A stretch of DNA of 64,000 bases from Lama glama (Eukaryota). Of this stretch, positions 11,788 through 25,205 are shown one piece after another (the first letter of the stretch is position 1; each line of letters starts with the position of its first letter). The stretch is taken from positions 60,016,001 to 60,080,000 of the forward strand of contig CM052828.1 in the NCBI GenBank assembly GCA_028534125.1. The letters run 5' to 3'. The position numbers were made by a program, and so were the translations under genes. The notes below the pieces were generated by a model that was not told the DNA's origin, made no database searches, and was given only the letters and a program-made list of their open reading frames with translations.

Positions 11788-14443
11788 GTAAGTCTCTTTT
11801 TACTGAATTGGACGGGAGGGGACCACTGAAGGGCAAAGACTTGCTTTCCTGTTAGGAGGTAGAATGAGCGTCCTTGAATGGAAAAGGACTGCATTAATGT
11901 TAGGCTGTCTCTTCTGCTGCAGTGGTATTCTTATTATGTATTCCTTGTTAGTCTTCCTCTGTAGGTCCTGGTAGATACCAAGTAGGTATCGACTGTTTTC
12001 CTTCCTGTGGGCGGAGACTTTCTGCCTGCAAGTAGAGCAGAGGAGGAAGGCCTTGTCCACGTGGGCGTTCTCATGGGCTGCCCTGGACCTAGAAGCTCCT
12101 TGCTCTGGATTTTTATTAAGTTAATGCTGATTGAAGCATATCTGGTCAGCAGATCTAGTGACTGTTTTTGAGGTGTGGCCAGTTTTTTGGCCTCTACAGT
12201 TAACTCCTGCCTGGGCCAGGTTTCCTGTGGGCGACAGGGCACCCGGGCTGTGTGGTCTGCAGGTTCTGGCCCGTCACTCTCAGTGGAGAGGGTGAGTGGA
12301 GGAGGGGGCGCCGGCCCTCTGGTGGGCTCCCAGACCGCGGTGAGGACAGCAGGGTCTGTGCACATGCTCCCAGGGAGGCCACACTGGCTGCGGGCTGGAG
12401 AAACTGGGTCTGGAGAGTGTGTGAGTCCAGAAGGACTTGGTGGCTCTTTTGTTTCAAAGTCATCTTTGCTTTCCCATTTACCTTTACAGATTGTAGTTTC
12501 AGGTTTATGGGGGGAGTTGGACCTTGACAGTCTCCTGATCAGGAAACTTGTGTTTGTCTTGTAGGGGGTCCCTCCTAGTTTTACACCATGGCCCTTCAGA
12601 TGGGTGCACTCACCTCTCTGTGTGGAGGGAATAGAGCCACGACACTCGGGGCCACGGGACCATCTGCAGTGACCCTCCCGCCATTTGTCTGCTGGGAGGG
12701 CTGTCAGGGTGCGGCCGCAGGTGACACGTCAGTAGTGGGGACGTGAAGGCTGGGAGCCGCGTCTCTGGGTGCCTGTTCCTGTGGCTCTTACCCCCTAACA
12801 TGGAGGTGTTTCTCCTGTGTTCTTGACAGCATCGCATGCACACTGGCTGTGGAACGGGGAGCGCTGTTCTGTACAGAGATCTGTCGGGGGTTCTGAAATA
12901 AACTTGGTACTTTTCTCTTCAGACAAAATGACAGCCTTCTCAGACGGAAAGAAGTTTTTGCCTTTGTGTTTGCTGGCTCTTAATTTTTGTTTTTGAAGTC
13001 AGTGCGATGGAGATGACTGTATCTTTATTAGACCTCAGCTTTACGTGGCTGACTCAGGTATAAGACAGGTGCGCCTGCTGCTTCCGCGGTCGTTGGCAGC
13101 CTTCTTGAGAAAAGCCTGTCGTCACCTTCCCTCTGCTCTGGCACTTAAAGAAAACCATGTGTGTTCTCCTGGTGTGCGGAGACAGAAAGAAGATTGGTGC
13201 TGGGGAAGTAAGAGGTGTCCTGGAGAGACCTCCCCCGTGTTAAGTGTCCCCTGGGTACGGCGGGCGGGCAGCCACTGGGGCAGCGTCTTCACAAAATGCC
13301 CTCTGGGAGCTGGTTTGTGCTTGGGATTGCCCAGGCCTCTGTAGGGAGCACTAGCACTCTGTGGCATTACTGCCAGCCCTGAGCGGGACCTGAGAATCAT
13401 AGGGACCCTTTGAAGGTACAGACTCAAGACTGAGATGTCAGGGTGGTTTTTAGGGCAGGGCTCCCAGACTCCAGAGCCTGTGGGCCCGGCAGGCAGTCTG
13501 GAGGAGGGGGGCAAACAGGGGGTGACCCTGCACAGCACTGGGCCGCCGGTCCAGGGACTCAGACCCAGTGGTGCCCCAGCCTACATGCTTGAGGGACAGC
13601 TGGAAACCTAGGTTTCCCTGTAAAGGCCTCACACTTGCAGTTGTTGGTAACTAAGTTGGAGTTTTATGAGACACCACTTAAGCCAATCCAAGCATCTGCT
13701 GGAAAGATAGGACCTGGTGACCAGCAGTTGCAGGGTGTTTTAGCGGGGGGAGGAGGGGGAAGCCCCTGTGTAGCTGCAGGGACTTTCTAAACCTCGTGCA
13801 TCTCACAGCAGTGGTTTCCCTGGAAAACTTTTTTGAGGTCTCGCGTCACTTCTGCAAAGTGGGTTGCTAACATTGTCGTGCTGGTTGGCCTGAGTGGGGA
13901 GTGCAGTCCTGAAGGGACTCCTGAGAGAGCTGAGCCCCTAGTACCACCTGGGCTGGTCCCCTCAGCCACTTTGCGAGGGGAAGAAAGCGTAGTTGCCTCC
14001 CAGCCGAGGAGATCCTCCTCAGAAGGGCCTCTCTGGCCAGAGGATGCTAGGGGGTTTCTGTTTGTTCTCAGTAAGACAGTCTTTTCCTTTCTTGCACAAT
14101 CACACTCACCGCTTGTCGTCTGAGGTATAATCCCGGAGGGTGCGCGTGCGGTGGGGTGAGTCCCGGGTGGTGCTCTGCTAAGCAGTTGTGTGTGAGAGGC
14201 TTACTTTCTCAAGGTGAAGGGAAAGTATTAAAAATGGTTACAAACACTTTACAAACTTGAAACTTACCCTGAAGAAGAACAGGTGCGTAGTCACGTCTGG
14301 TTAATTTCTGGGCCGGTGCCTGAGTGGGTGCAGGATGGCACCTGCTCCCGCTCCCCTGCCGGGATGGGATGCGGGGCCCTTGTGCGGTGAGGGTGCGGGG
14401 GTCAGGCGCTCAGCTCGCTCTCTTCCCTCTGTCGCCTTTGCAG

Positions 14444-14574
14444 ACATTGGCCTGGGAAGTGACTCCGTGTGTGCCCGGCCCTCATCTCACCGGATAAAGT
14501 CTTTTGACTCCTTGGGATCCCAGCCTTCGCACTGCCGGACTTCAAAATTGTTCCAGGGCCAGTACCGGAGCTTG
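14444..14574 (+). CDS. ARHGEF7: ARHGEF7 exon 4 (131 nt): DIGLGSDSVCARPSSHRIKSFDSLGSQPSHCRTSKLFQGQYRSL
   Basis: tttgcag|AC ... TTG|gtaagc; phase 1 in, phase 0 out, matches neighbours. Confidence 0.97.
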
Positions 14575-16849
14575 GTAAGCGAGAGCCTGCTGCTGAGAGC
14601 GGAGTGTGGGACACAAGCGTGTGCAGACCTGTGTGCTGGGCGCTCGGACCCGTGGAGGGTCGCCGGCAGAGGGCGCTGTGGCCCTGCTGCCTTCACTCAT
14701 GTTCTCCACATGCCCCGCTTAAGGACAGCTCCTGAGAAATTGGTGTATTTGGGGAGTTACAGTCTAAGATATATACGTCTGTTTATCTGGAGCGATGGGT
14801 ACTTTAAAATGTTTCCCTGGTTCTGCAAATGCGAGTATAGGCCCTTTTTGGGACTAGAGGAGAGGTGGAGTGTGTGAGGGCAGCACTCTGAGACACCCCG
14901 GGTTGGGATTATCAAGACAGTGTCAGAACACTGGACAGGAAGGCGTGTGAGTACGTTGCAGGTGCAGGACACTAATGGGTGCCACTTTGTAGGGTGAGAA
15001 AGAGGCCGTTAGGGTCCCTGTTCCCAGAGGACGTGGGCTATGCTCCCTGCCCGGGGCCACCTCTCTGCCTTCACTTTCCTCCCGTCTCAGCTTTAGTGAG
15101 GAGCAGCGTCTGCGCAGGCCGAGCCTGGCCTGCCTGAGTTGACAGGGGACACTCCCAGGTGGAGCCGGGGCTGGCGGGCGCTGCCTGTGTGGCGGCTGCT
15201 GCTCCAGCCGCGTCCCTGTCCTTTCCTCACAGCGAGGACGGCGGCCGCTCTTGATCGGCCTGCTGTGGTTTAGACGGTTGGGAAGGGTCATGTTGAGCCC
15301 AGATGGTGACCAGCTAGAGTTTCCCGGAGGCTTTAAAAAGGGGAGGAGGACCCCATGAAGGTAAGCCAGTGATGAGATACAGCCTTTCCAGCTGCCCGAG
15401 ACGGCAGGGCGGCGGGGGCCGGGTGAGGAAGCGGGAGCCCAGTGGGGTGTCCTCTCACCCGCCTTCCGACAGCGCCTCCAGAGCACGCCTCCCGAGTGGG
15501 GAGTTTGTGGGTTCAGAAGTGAAGGGTCTGGACTGGCCACCTGTCTTCTGTGCCCCCACCCCTGACACCTCCCTGTCCTGTCCTTTGTGGAGTGTCCCTT
15601 TCTGAAGGAGGAAGGTGTCACTGTGGGCCTAACCCATGACAGTGGGGTGGACGTGGGGCACCTCCTGTGTGGCATCCCCTCGTGTGGCCCGGCCTGACCC
15701 CTAGAGGCCTGCGCTGCGCATCTGTTTGGTTGTTGTATGTCGTGTTCTGTTGCTGGACTTTGGCACCAGCTCGTGGCCGCATGTTTTACCGAAAGCTGGA
15801 TACATCACAGAGAGGATGGTGTGGTGGAGATGGGGACAGCAGTTTGCGGCCTCTAAGCCAGTCGCGTCCTCCGGACCAGACAGGGGAGAGTGTGTCCCAC
15901 CCGAGGGGGAGGGGACGGCGGTCAGCCCGGCATCCAGGCCAAGTGTTGCAGAGAGATTCTTTACTGACTATTCTCAGTATTAAATATTAAGTATGCGTTA
16001 CATGTACAGTTCTTCACATAAGTCTGTAATGTATTGATGTGAATTGTTAAACATTCATGACTCACAGCAGAGCATGTGCAAACTCAGGTTTAAGCAGATG
16101 GATGTGTATGAGGTGCTCAGAGCTCCGTCAGCTTCTCTCGCAGAAGTTCTGCTCGGCGCTGTGTGCCTTGTCTGTTTCTGTCCCTGTTCAGTGACACGTG
16201 CACCTGGTTGAGAGTCAGGTGATCCTCCCAGACCTGCTGTCAGGAAGAGTCAGCAGAGTCGGCTACTTCCCGTTTTTTTCTGTTGGTTCTGTAGGTAATC
16301 GTCTTTGTGTCTCTACTGAGAAGGCCTTATGTAAAGCTGGATTTTTTTTCCTTTTTTTAACTTGACGTGTTATGACTGTGGACTTCCCCCAGGAAAGAGG
16401 GGGCTCTGGGCTCTTCCACGCCCCAGCCTTCACCTGCTGAGTGCAGCTGGGCCCCCCCGCCCCCGTGGCTGAGCCCCGCCCGGCTTCGTTGAGTGGATGT
16501 TGGTACAACATTGTTATGACCCAGACTCACCACGGAGCCACCGTGTGTCTGGGACTGTTCTTTTCTGATGACATTCTGTTGCCTGTCGAGTTTTCTGTGC
16601 ACTGTTTGCAGATTGCAGGCCCAGTCTTTTGCCTTTTTTGAAAGAGTCTCTTCTTGGCCGTTGAGACGTGTTAGGACTTCACAGTTGCCTCCTCCTAGGG
16701 AGCCCCCCTCGAGTCTCCCGGCCCGCTTGAGGGCGGGCTGGTCGCCACCAGGCTGCGCCAGCTGCACCTGTGCCTTCATCAGCCCCGCAGGCTCCCTGTG
16801 ACTTGAGTGACTTCCTCTGCCGCCTTATGTCTTCATTTTTTCTTGGTTA

Positions 16850-17330
16850 ATTCATCTGTTTTGGAGGAGTACGTCTTTTACTAACTTCTTGAGGAAGGGT
16901 GCAGGGGAGGTGAGGTTTTTCAGACCCTGCATATCCTCAGATGTCTTTTTAAATCCAAATACTAAGGGTTTCTGGCCCTTCTGCAGTTTAATTGTGATGT
17001 GGCTTAGTCCAGACTTCTTTAGGCTTATCCTGTTTGGGGTCCAGTCAGCTTCCTAACTGTATGTTTGCGCCTCTTGTCGCATCGAGGACTTTTCAGCCTT
17101 ATTTCTACACTCCTTTTCAGCTCTGGCCTCTTCCTCCTCCAGGACTTCGATGGCCCCAGCCTTAGATCTTTGTCACTTCCATGAACCCAGGGGGCTCTCA
17201 TCATGTTTTTCCTCTCTGTCGGTTTGAGTACATTTTATAGGTTCTGTTTCATTTCTGGGGTTGTCTGTTTTGAGAGAGCTTCGTCTTGGTCTTAGTGCCC
17301 TTGTCCTTTCTCGGTCAGGCTCTTGTCTTC
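16850..17330 (-). mobile_element. Old L1M fragment (ORF1 region)
   Basis: T-rich tract with antisense L1 ORF1-like motifs (tttaattgtgatgtggcttag...ttatcctgtttggggtc...cagcttcct). Confidence 0.6.
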
Positions 17331-17954
17331 CTTGTTCTGGGACGAGGAATGTTTTCGGTTGTGTCCTAAACCCTTTGGAGAGGGTGTTAGGAGGAGCCGG
17401 GCCCTGCTTCAGTCTATGTCTCTGCAGCCGTGGCCCTGACTGTTCTGTGCAGCGGCGCTGGCCTGGGTTGGGCGGCTGTGGTTCTAGTCACAGGTTAGTT
17501 TCCTTGTAGTGCTGTCTGGTCAGACGCATTTACCTGGTGTCACTGGGGCTCCTGCTGGAGCCCTGACAGCGCCTCTGGATGGGAATTGGGGAGATGTCAG
17601 GCCTGCTTCTCCCCTGCATGGGCAGGGGGTGCTGCCTGCTGCCCCTGGGGAGTGGGCGCTGGATTCCTGCCACGTCCCTGGTGCTGGTGCAGTGCCGGCA
17701 CCTGATGGGGCACAGCACGTCCGACCCCGTTCCCTTGGACACCCGGTGCCGGATGAGCGGCTTACCCGTTGTCACCGGTTGAGTGAGCCTGCCTGCTGCC
17801 TCTTCCCTGCCCGCTGACCAGGGGAGCAGGCTTTTCTTGGGGATTTTCGTTGATTCTTGTTGGCAGTTCCAGTCGGGGGTGGATGGAGGTTAAAAAAAAA
17901 TTCTAGCCGGTCTACCTTTCTCTTCCTGCTTTTCTGTAATTATGCTTAATCTCT

Positions 17955-18530
17955 GAGAAAGATGCAAATTAAAATGAAGTACCATTTTTACCTGTCAGTT
18001 CAGGAAAAATTTGAATGTTTGGCCGTATCCAGTGTTGGTGAGTATTTGAGGCAGTGAGAACTCTTAGATGCCGCTCGCGGGAATGAGGCTTGGTGTGGGT
18101 CTGTAGGACCTTTTTGGAGAGCAGTTTAGGAATAAGTGTGAATTTCATGTGAGTTACCTTTGTTCTCTGATCTGAATTTAACAGTTTGATTTATTTACTG
18201 CTGTGTTCGAAGACAGATGTGCAGGCAGTTCTAATGCAGCCTTGTTTTGCAATAGAAAATATTAGGACCAGCCTCATTGGTTAACTCTGCACTGCCGTAC
18301 AGTGTAACGCTATGCAGTTAGTTGAGACTCAGGTAATTAAGTCCTGCTGAAAAAAAATGATCACAGTATTTTAACTTGTTGCAAATTACAGAGAAGTGTG
18401 TACCATGTAATTCTGTGTAAATGTCCGTGAAAGTGCCTGCATTTATGTAGGCATAACAGTGGCAGGAATGAGACCTCTCAAGCCATTAAGAGGGTTTCCT
18501 CCGGGACTGGAGTTGGGGTGGGGGTGGTCA
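17955..18530 (+). mobile_element. Old L1ME-type fragment (ORF2 3' end/3'UTR) just upstream of exon 5
   Basis: atgcaaattaaaatgaagtaccattttta...ccagtgttggtgag...tttggagagcagttt is a typical L1 ORF2 3' pattern. Confidence 0.7.
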
Positions 18531-18687
18531 GGGTGCCCGGCGGGAGGTGGGGACCTGAATGTCTCTAGTTGTTCCTCTGCTGTGTGACCAGGGCAGCTAT
18601 GCTGCATTTGAAGTAGTAAAGTCTAATCTGATCATACCGACTAGGCTGTACATCCTTCACGGACTGTTCTCCCTTCCCCCCTCTCAG

Positions 18688-18889
18688 GACATGACGGATA
18701 ACAGCAGCAGTCAGCTGGTAGTACGAGCCAAGTTTAACTTCCAGCAGACGAATGAAGACGAGCTCTCCTTCTCGAAAGGAGATGTCATCCACGTCACGCG
18801 AGTGGAGGAGGGGGGCTGGTGGGAGGGCACGCACAACGGCAGGACCGGCTGGTTCCCCAGCAACTACGTGCGCGAGGTCAAGTCCAGCG
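18688..18889 (+). CDS. ARHGEF7: ARHGEF7 exon 5 (202 nt), SH3 domain; contains the ATG (18691, MTDN) of the short beta-PIX isoforms
   Basis: ctctcag|GAC ATG ... AGCG|gtaagt; [50 protein letters not shown] is an SH3 domain. Confidence 0.99.
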
Positions 18890-20309
18890 GTAAGTGGCCG
18901 GCGGGGCGGGAGAGCCGTGGGCGTGCCCAGGACACGCCACTGGGCCCGGGGCCCGGCCCTGGGCTGAGGGGCAGAGTCTCCCCTGTGCTTTCTGTCCCGA
19001 AGGAGTGATGTTCACCCCACGCGGGTGCTGGGGTGAAGGGCCCCGGGGTCACAGACCTGCATGTCATCCGGTTGTGACATCAGCAGTTTCAGAGCGTCGC
19101 GCTCCCTGTTGCTTTCCCTTCCTGAGGAGAAGTCGGGGATATGCTGGGGTCTAGTTTTCGGGCTGCGCTGGTACGGAAGGTGGTACGCATCACCCTCCTC
19201 CGGGCTGGTGTCAGGACTCGGGGTTGCTGCTGTGCGCAGGCTGCGCTGCGCTACTCACCCTGGGCTCTTGCCAGTCGGGTGCAGTTAAGTGGTTTCTGTC
19301 CTCTCCTTTGCTCAGATAGTAGTGGTTTAAAATGCGTCACGTTCTTTATGTTTTCTGTAATTGCTCAACAGTATTTTGTTGACTTTAAAGTCCTGTTCAG
19401 GGGCGTACCTTGTTTTGAAAGGGAGTAGGGGGACTTGGCACTTTTCCGTCTCTGCTTAGGTGTGATTCATGCTGTGGAACTGAAACTTACCTCGAAGGCC
19501 TGGGATCTGTGATGCAGGTCACCTGGGTGTGGCTGTGACGGGTCTCAGTGAGTGCGCGCCGCTCTGCGTGGCCTCCCTCGGGGGCGGTGCTGCGCATCCT
19601 GAGCGTGAGTGCGACCGGCTGCCACTCCCTCCGTGAGCCAGGTCACTAACTACGAGAGGCTGGGGCAGGACTGCCAGTGTTGAGTGCCATCCTGTCGTTC
19701 TTGTCTTCACAGGTGCCTGTGTGTGTCTGTGTATGTGTGTAATATACGCAAATGTATATAAAATTTGTGTTCTCACAGAGCTTGGTTGTAGGTGGTCAGA
19801 TGAGGTGTAAAGCCAGAATAAGGCTTCAAAACCAGTGACTTAAAGGGGAAGAGCGTGGCTGGCTGGAGAGAAGGGACGGGGGTGAGGTTTGGGAGATGAG
19901 CCTTGTACTGGAAATGCTGTCACGTGATGCAGTTTCTCTAGTTCTGCATGGGGCGGTGGTGCTCGGGGAGTGGTGCTGAGCAGGGCCGGGTGGACAGACG
20001 CCCGGCAGGTGCTTCAGGTCTAGGATGGGGGTCGGGGCCTCGCTTGCAGGGTCTGGGGGTGCGTGTGCTCAGGTTTGTTGGCCTGTGCCAGGCCGCGTGG
20101 CCCCGAGCAGGGGCTCCCTGAGTGGTAGTTGCTGCTGTTTTTTTAAGGTAGCAAAAAAGGATTCTAAAAAGTGAACCGAACAGTTTTGATAGAACAGGTA
20201 TTTTCTTAGCAATGACTTCGAACAGTGAGTATTGTAATAAGGCAGCCAGCAGCCCTGATTCATAAAGGTTTCTAGTGTTGGACTTTTTTTTAGGAATAGC
20301 ACAAGCCGG

Positions 20310-20559
20310 TTCTTTCTTTTTTTAATTGTGGTAAAAAATTTATCATATTAACCGTTTAAAAATGATTTTTATGTGTGCATTTCAGTGGCATTAAGAACAT
20401 TCACATTGTTGGGCAAACCTCACCACCATCTATCTCATAACTTCTTCACCTTCCCAGACTCTACCCGTCAGATAATTCCCGTCTCCCCTGAGCCCCCGGC
20501 AGCCCTGTTCAACCTTCTGTCTCAGTGCATTTGGCTCCTGAGAACCTGGTGTGAGTGGA
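20310..20559 (-). mobile_element. L1MA/L1MB-type 3' end
   Basis: ttttttaattgtggtaaaa...ttcagtggcattaagaacattcacattgttgggcaaacctcaccaccatctatctc. Confidence 0.8.
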
Positions 20560-20691
20560 NNNNNNNNNNNNNNNNNNNNNNNNNNNNNNNNNNNNNNNNN
20601 NNNNNNNNNNNNNNNNNNNNNNNNNNNNNNNNNNNNNNNNNNNNNNNNNNNNNNNNNNNNNNNNNNNNNNNNNNNNNNNNNNNNNNNNNNN
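20560..20691. other. Assembly gap (N)
   Basis: Run of N. Confidence 1.
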
Positions 20692-20759
20692 CACTGGTAA
20701 GAAGACCCCAGACCTCTGTCTCTCCTGTCTTCCCACACTACCACCACACTGGGAACCCT

Positions 20760-21300
20760 TCCGAAACACATTTCCTTGGAAAACCCACACTTCAGGCAAT
20801 TTGCTCACACCAGCTGGGTGTCCACAGTTCAATTCAGTTCTGATGCCATCCACGTGGAGTTAGGGTCACAGAGGTTGAGGGCGCTCAGTCCCCAGGCTGA
20901 CCCCACTGTGTACGCTGCAGGCCGCAGGTGGTCACCTGTGCTTCTGCCTGGCTGTAAGCTGGGGCTCCCACGACCCTCTCCTGGGGTTTGATGATTTGCT
21001 GCGACGCCTCACAGAGCTTGGAGGATGTGCGGCCTACGCTTCTTGGTTTAGTGTTTAATGAAGGGCGTGGTGGAGGGTCCCGGGAAGCAGCCAGCCAGAC
21101 TGGCGGCCCTCGGGGTGAGGGCCAGAAGGGTCCTGAGCGTAGGGGTTTCTGTCCCTGTGGAGTTGGATGCCACCCTCCTGGCACGTAGGTGTGTCACCAA
21201 CCTGGAAGCTCTCGAAAGCCCCTGCTGTTGGGATGTTATGGCGGTTTCGTCACGAAGGCCCGGCCCAGCACTGACGGCCTCCAGCGCCTCTCGTCACCCA
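20760..21300. mobile_element. MER21-like ERV solo LTR
   Basis: acaccagctgggtgtccacagttcaattcagttctgatgcc...ctcccacgaccctctcctggggtttgatgatttgct...cctggaagctctcgaaagcccc matches recalled MER21 blocks. Confidence 0.75.
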
Positions 21301-22060
21301 GGCAGCAGTGTGACGCCGGAGCTGAGTGACTCTCGCTTGCTGATCCACAGGTGCTTAATGAGCACGCACACTGCCGCTTCCTGAGTTTGTCATTTTTCAG
21401 TATTTTCTGTTCATTTTTGACATAGAGAAGTGACACAGAATGCAGACTGAATTCTGGACGCCCGTATTCACTGGCTGTGAGAGAGCAGGCAGGGCACGAG
21501 GTGGCACAGCACCTTGCTTGTGCTGCTGGGAGGAGCCTGTGCTCTCAGCCTCTTCTTCGCTGTGGGGTGGGTTTGGCGTGTGCATCTGTATGTGCGTGCA
21601 CACGTGTGCAGGGGGTGTGGTGCACACGCCTGTGCGTTAGGGTTCAGAAAGCACCCAGGGTGGTGCTCTGTGCTGTCCCTTCCAGGCACAGACCTTTTGG
21701 GCGGAGAGAGTGTAGAATGTAAGACTGGCGCTTTGAGGCACGTGGGGACCCGGCATGACACACAGTGGGGTCTGGGGTCTGATGGCTTGTAACTTTGTGG
21801 AACGTGGGAATGAGCGTCCCTGTGCAGCAACATGACAAACGACACTCACGCCGTGACGTTCTTGGCTCTGTTGACAACAGTGCCGTGGAATCTGTCGGAG
21901 GTGTTCGGCCTAAGCAGGGAGCTGACGGCGATGGGGAGGAGGTGGGGCTGTGCCGCCTCCCTCTGAGGGCCGCTGAGGACCAGAAGCTGACACCGTGCGG
22001 CCTGCTGCGGGTGGTCGTCTCTAGGGTGGAGCCGTGAAACTGCCTCCATCTTTATTTCAG

Positions 22061-22149
22061 AAAAGCCCGTGTCACCCAAATCCGGAGCCTTGAAGAGCCC
22101 TCCCAAAGGATTTGATACGACTGCCATTAACAAAAGCTATTATAATGTG
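22061..22149 (+). CDS. ARHGEF7: ARHGEF7 exon 6 (89 nt), SH3-DH linker: EKPVSPKSGALKSPPKGFDTTAINKSYYNV
   Basis: tatttcag|AA ... GTG|gtgagt. Confidence 0.97.
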
Positions 22150-22199
22150 GTGAGTAATTGCAAAACATTTTTATAGAATAACTTATTTTTTGAGTGTCT

Positions 22200-22560
22200 C
22201 TAAAAATTAGCAACGGAGAATATAGGTGGACTGCCGAGAGTAGGAAGATGAATATAACAACCGTCAGTTGTCTGCCACACAGATAGACCCTCCGGTAATG
22301 GTCTGCTGTGTTGCTTTCCGATCTCCATGTGTGTTTGTAGTACTCTGTGTTTTGTGTTAAGGTGTGGCGCTGTACTCTGTTCTCGTTGCCCAACTTGGTA
22401 TTGTGGCTGTTTCCCCATGGTTACGTGTTTTCAAAAATGTGATTTTACAACGTGCCTGATGTGACTTAGGGACCTCGTGTGCGTCAGAGACCCCCCTGCC
22501 CGTGGTGATGCGGACTGCTGGTCCCCAGACCAGTGCAGGTCCTCGCTGGTTTTGTGTATT
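22200..22560 (-). mobile_element. Very old L1ME 3' fragment
   Basis: Degenerate similarity to L1ME 3'UTR motifs. Confidence 0.35.
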
Positions 22561-24555
22561 AGCACGGCCTTCCCTGGGACTGACGTGCGCACATGCAGAG
22601 AGTGTGCAGCTGGGAGGAGGGCGTCTGTGCGCCACACGCAGTGAAGACAGGTGTTTCGGAATCCTAAAACTTGCTGCATTTTGAAACCTGGGCCGTTTGT
22701 GAGCTCAGAAGGCCTGTGGAATTAAGTCTGACACCTCAGCCAGTCCTCCGTTGTTCCTGGACAGTTGCACGTGCCGGAAACTGGAAGTCAGGCCCTGATT
22801 TGGATGCCATTTCATGTCCCTGCGACGGCCGCGCGGTGCGATGAGCCTGCAGGGCGAGCGTGGGTGTGGACTGTGTGCACAGAGGTAGTTATTTCTTTCC
22901 CCGCTCTTAGTCTTTCTTATTTTCTTGATCAGGAGATGTAAATCTGAATCCATGAGACCTTCGAGGTTTTGAACTAAAACAGCAACTGATGAGTGTTTCC
23001 CCGCGGTGGTCCCTCATCAGGAGCATTTATTTCCTGCGCTCAGCTGTCTCTGCTGCGTTTTCCTGTGCTTACCTGCATTTACCCCCAGGCCCGGAGGGTT
23101 TGTTAGGCATGCACTCTGCAGGGCTGGCTCCAGTCATTGGGGCGACAGCAGTGAGGGGAAGGCCGAACCTTCCCTTGTGGGCTGGCCCTCTGCCCCTTCT
23201 GCCCTGCGTGAGCCCCCCTTTCTGTCCCCTGGTCTCCGAGCACACCGCCCCAGAGCCCCGGCAACCTGGCCTCCTCTGTTCCGCAGGCAGCTCCTTCATC
23301 CACGTCTCTCCGTCTGGCTCTGGTTTCTGCGCGTTCTCTGTGCAGCTCTCCACGCTCCTGGTCTGGACTCCAACGTCCTCTGTCCGAACCCTAGGGCTTG
23401 GGTAGGTGGGGGCGCCTGCCATTCCTGGCTGAGCTCTGCCCTCCACTTCCTCTGGGACGTGGCTCTGCTGTAACACCTTGGCTTTTTAGTGGGTGAAATG
23501 TGTTGTGTGTGTGGTTTTCTGCTGCAGCCACAGAAAGGCACAGTGCGTCCTGTGGGTGGTTCTTCAGGGCTTCACAGCAGGAAAACTTCTTACGTGAGAC
23601 GTTGGTTTCCTTTCTGGGGAAGGCTCCGGGGGTGAGTAGTGCAGTCTTACTCCACAGTGATGCTCTGGAGGCGGACCTCCGTGTCTCCTGTTGGTCTCTG
23701 TCCAAGTATCGTATCAGAGGAGACAGGGTGGCCCTGCGCGAGTCGGTGCCAGCAGCTCTGGCCTGGTCTCCCGGCTCCTGCTTCTGCTGGGTGTCTTGTG
23801 GACCTAGGTGGCCGTGCTTGTGTAGAAGTCCCGGAGGGCTCTTCTCGGCATTACAGGTTCTGTGATCCTCTTCTGACTGAAATGTAACCAGTACCTTTTT
23901 AGGTTTCCTTCTTTAACTCTGCTCATACGGGGACACGGCACATGCGCTGTTCTCTTTGAATCAGCCAACTCATTCAGGATGACGGGAAAACACCTTGGCT
24001 TTAAAATCACATCCACGTTGTTTGCGTAGGCGGTATTAGTAGATAGCGCAGGCTGAACTGCAGTTGTTATGGACATCAGCTTGCAGAGCTCATGCAGATG
24101 GTTTGTGGAAGTTTTGCAGTGAAGAAAATGGTCAGTGATTAGGCCAGGAATCAGTTTCAGCTTTCCTGAATCCCACGGTTATAAATACAGAGACATAAAA
24201 TATGGGACGCAACACGACACACAGAACAAAATGAAATAACGTGACAGATGTTTTCACACCTCCTTGTGTATTTCTGCATTTACAGAAAACTGTAGAAGTA
24301 TAGGTATTTTTAAGCCCACTGAGAGATAAGAAGGCTCTCCAGGAGGTGAGACCAGTGTGGGCTGATGTTACTGGAGACAGTTAACGTGAAAGACTTGGGT
24401 CCCCACTGGGGTCAGTGGAGAGCAGTTAGGATGGTGTTCGGGGTGGAGGTGCACACACTGAAATCAAGCGGCAGTGAGGAGACGGGTGAATGGGGGTGGG
24501 CCTGTGTCCTCCTGCTGCTGTGCGGTGGCCAGGGTAAGCCAGAGGAGCGCTGGGC

Positions 24556-24930
24556 CTAGGAGGTGATTCCTCGTGACGTGCGCTGTCGGTGGGAGCATTC
24601 GTCGTCTGTCTCCTCCTCTCCTCCTGGGACTCCCACCCGGCATGTGCTGATGAGCAGGGTGGTGTCCCACGGGTCTCTGAGGCGCTGTTCATTTTCCCTC
24701 ACTTTTTCTTTCTGTTCCAAAGAGTAATCTCTACTGATCTCTTTGTGTTTGCTGATTATTGCTTTTGCTAGCTCAAATCTGATTTTGAGCCCCTCTAGTG
24801 AATTCTTCACTTTATTTATTGTACCTTTTAATTCATAATTTCCATTTGATTATTTTTGTAGTCAAATCCAGGCTGTAGCTGACTCATTGTTCTTATAGTT
24901 TAATTCTTTAAACATAGTTTGCTTTAGTCC
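24556..24930 (-). mobile_element. L1M ORF1 remnant
   Basis: Minus-strand ORF MKNSLEGLKIRFELAKAIISKHK...EQKEKVRENEQRLRDPWDT resembles the L1 ORF1p coiled-coil/RRM start. Confidence 0.8.
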
Positions 24931-24937
24931 TTTGGAC

Positions 24938-25205
24938 TTTTTTTTAAAGACTCTATTATTTTAGAACAGTTTTAAATTTGCAGTGGAATTGAGAGGGGGA
25001 GAGACTTTGCACGACTCCTGGCCCCGCACGTGCAAGCCTCCCCTAGCACCAGCACTGCTCACCAGGTGGTGCCTCTTTACCAAGGACGGACCTGCGCTGA
25101 CGTGTCGCAGTCATCCAAAGGCCGCGGTTTATTCAGCGCTCACTCGGCACATGCTGTGGGTTTGGACAAACACTCAGTGGTATGTGTCCGTCGTGTCACA
25201 GTGCC
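24938..25205 (-). mobile_element. L1MC-type 3' end
   Basis: ttttaaagactctattattttagaacagttttaaatttgcag...catccaaaggccgcggtttattcagcgctcactc...ctgtgggtttggacaaa. Confidence 0.75.

Noticed and set aside
14923-15675. 250-aa minus-strand ORF in intron 4
   Set aside because: Non-ATG start, Pro/Arg-rich, no homology recognisable by eye
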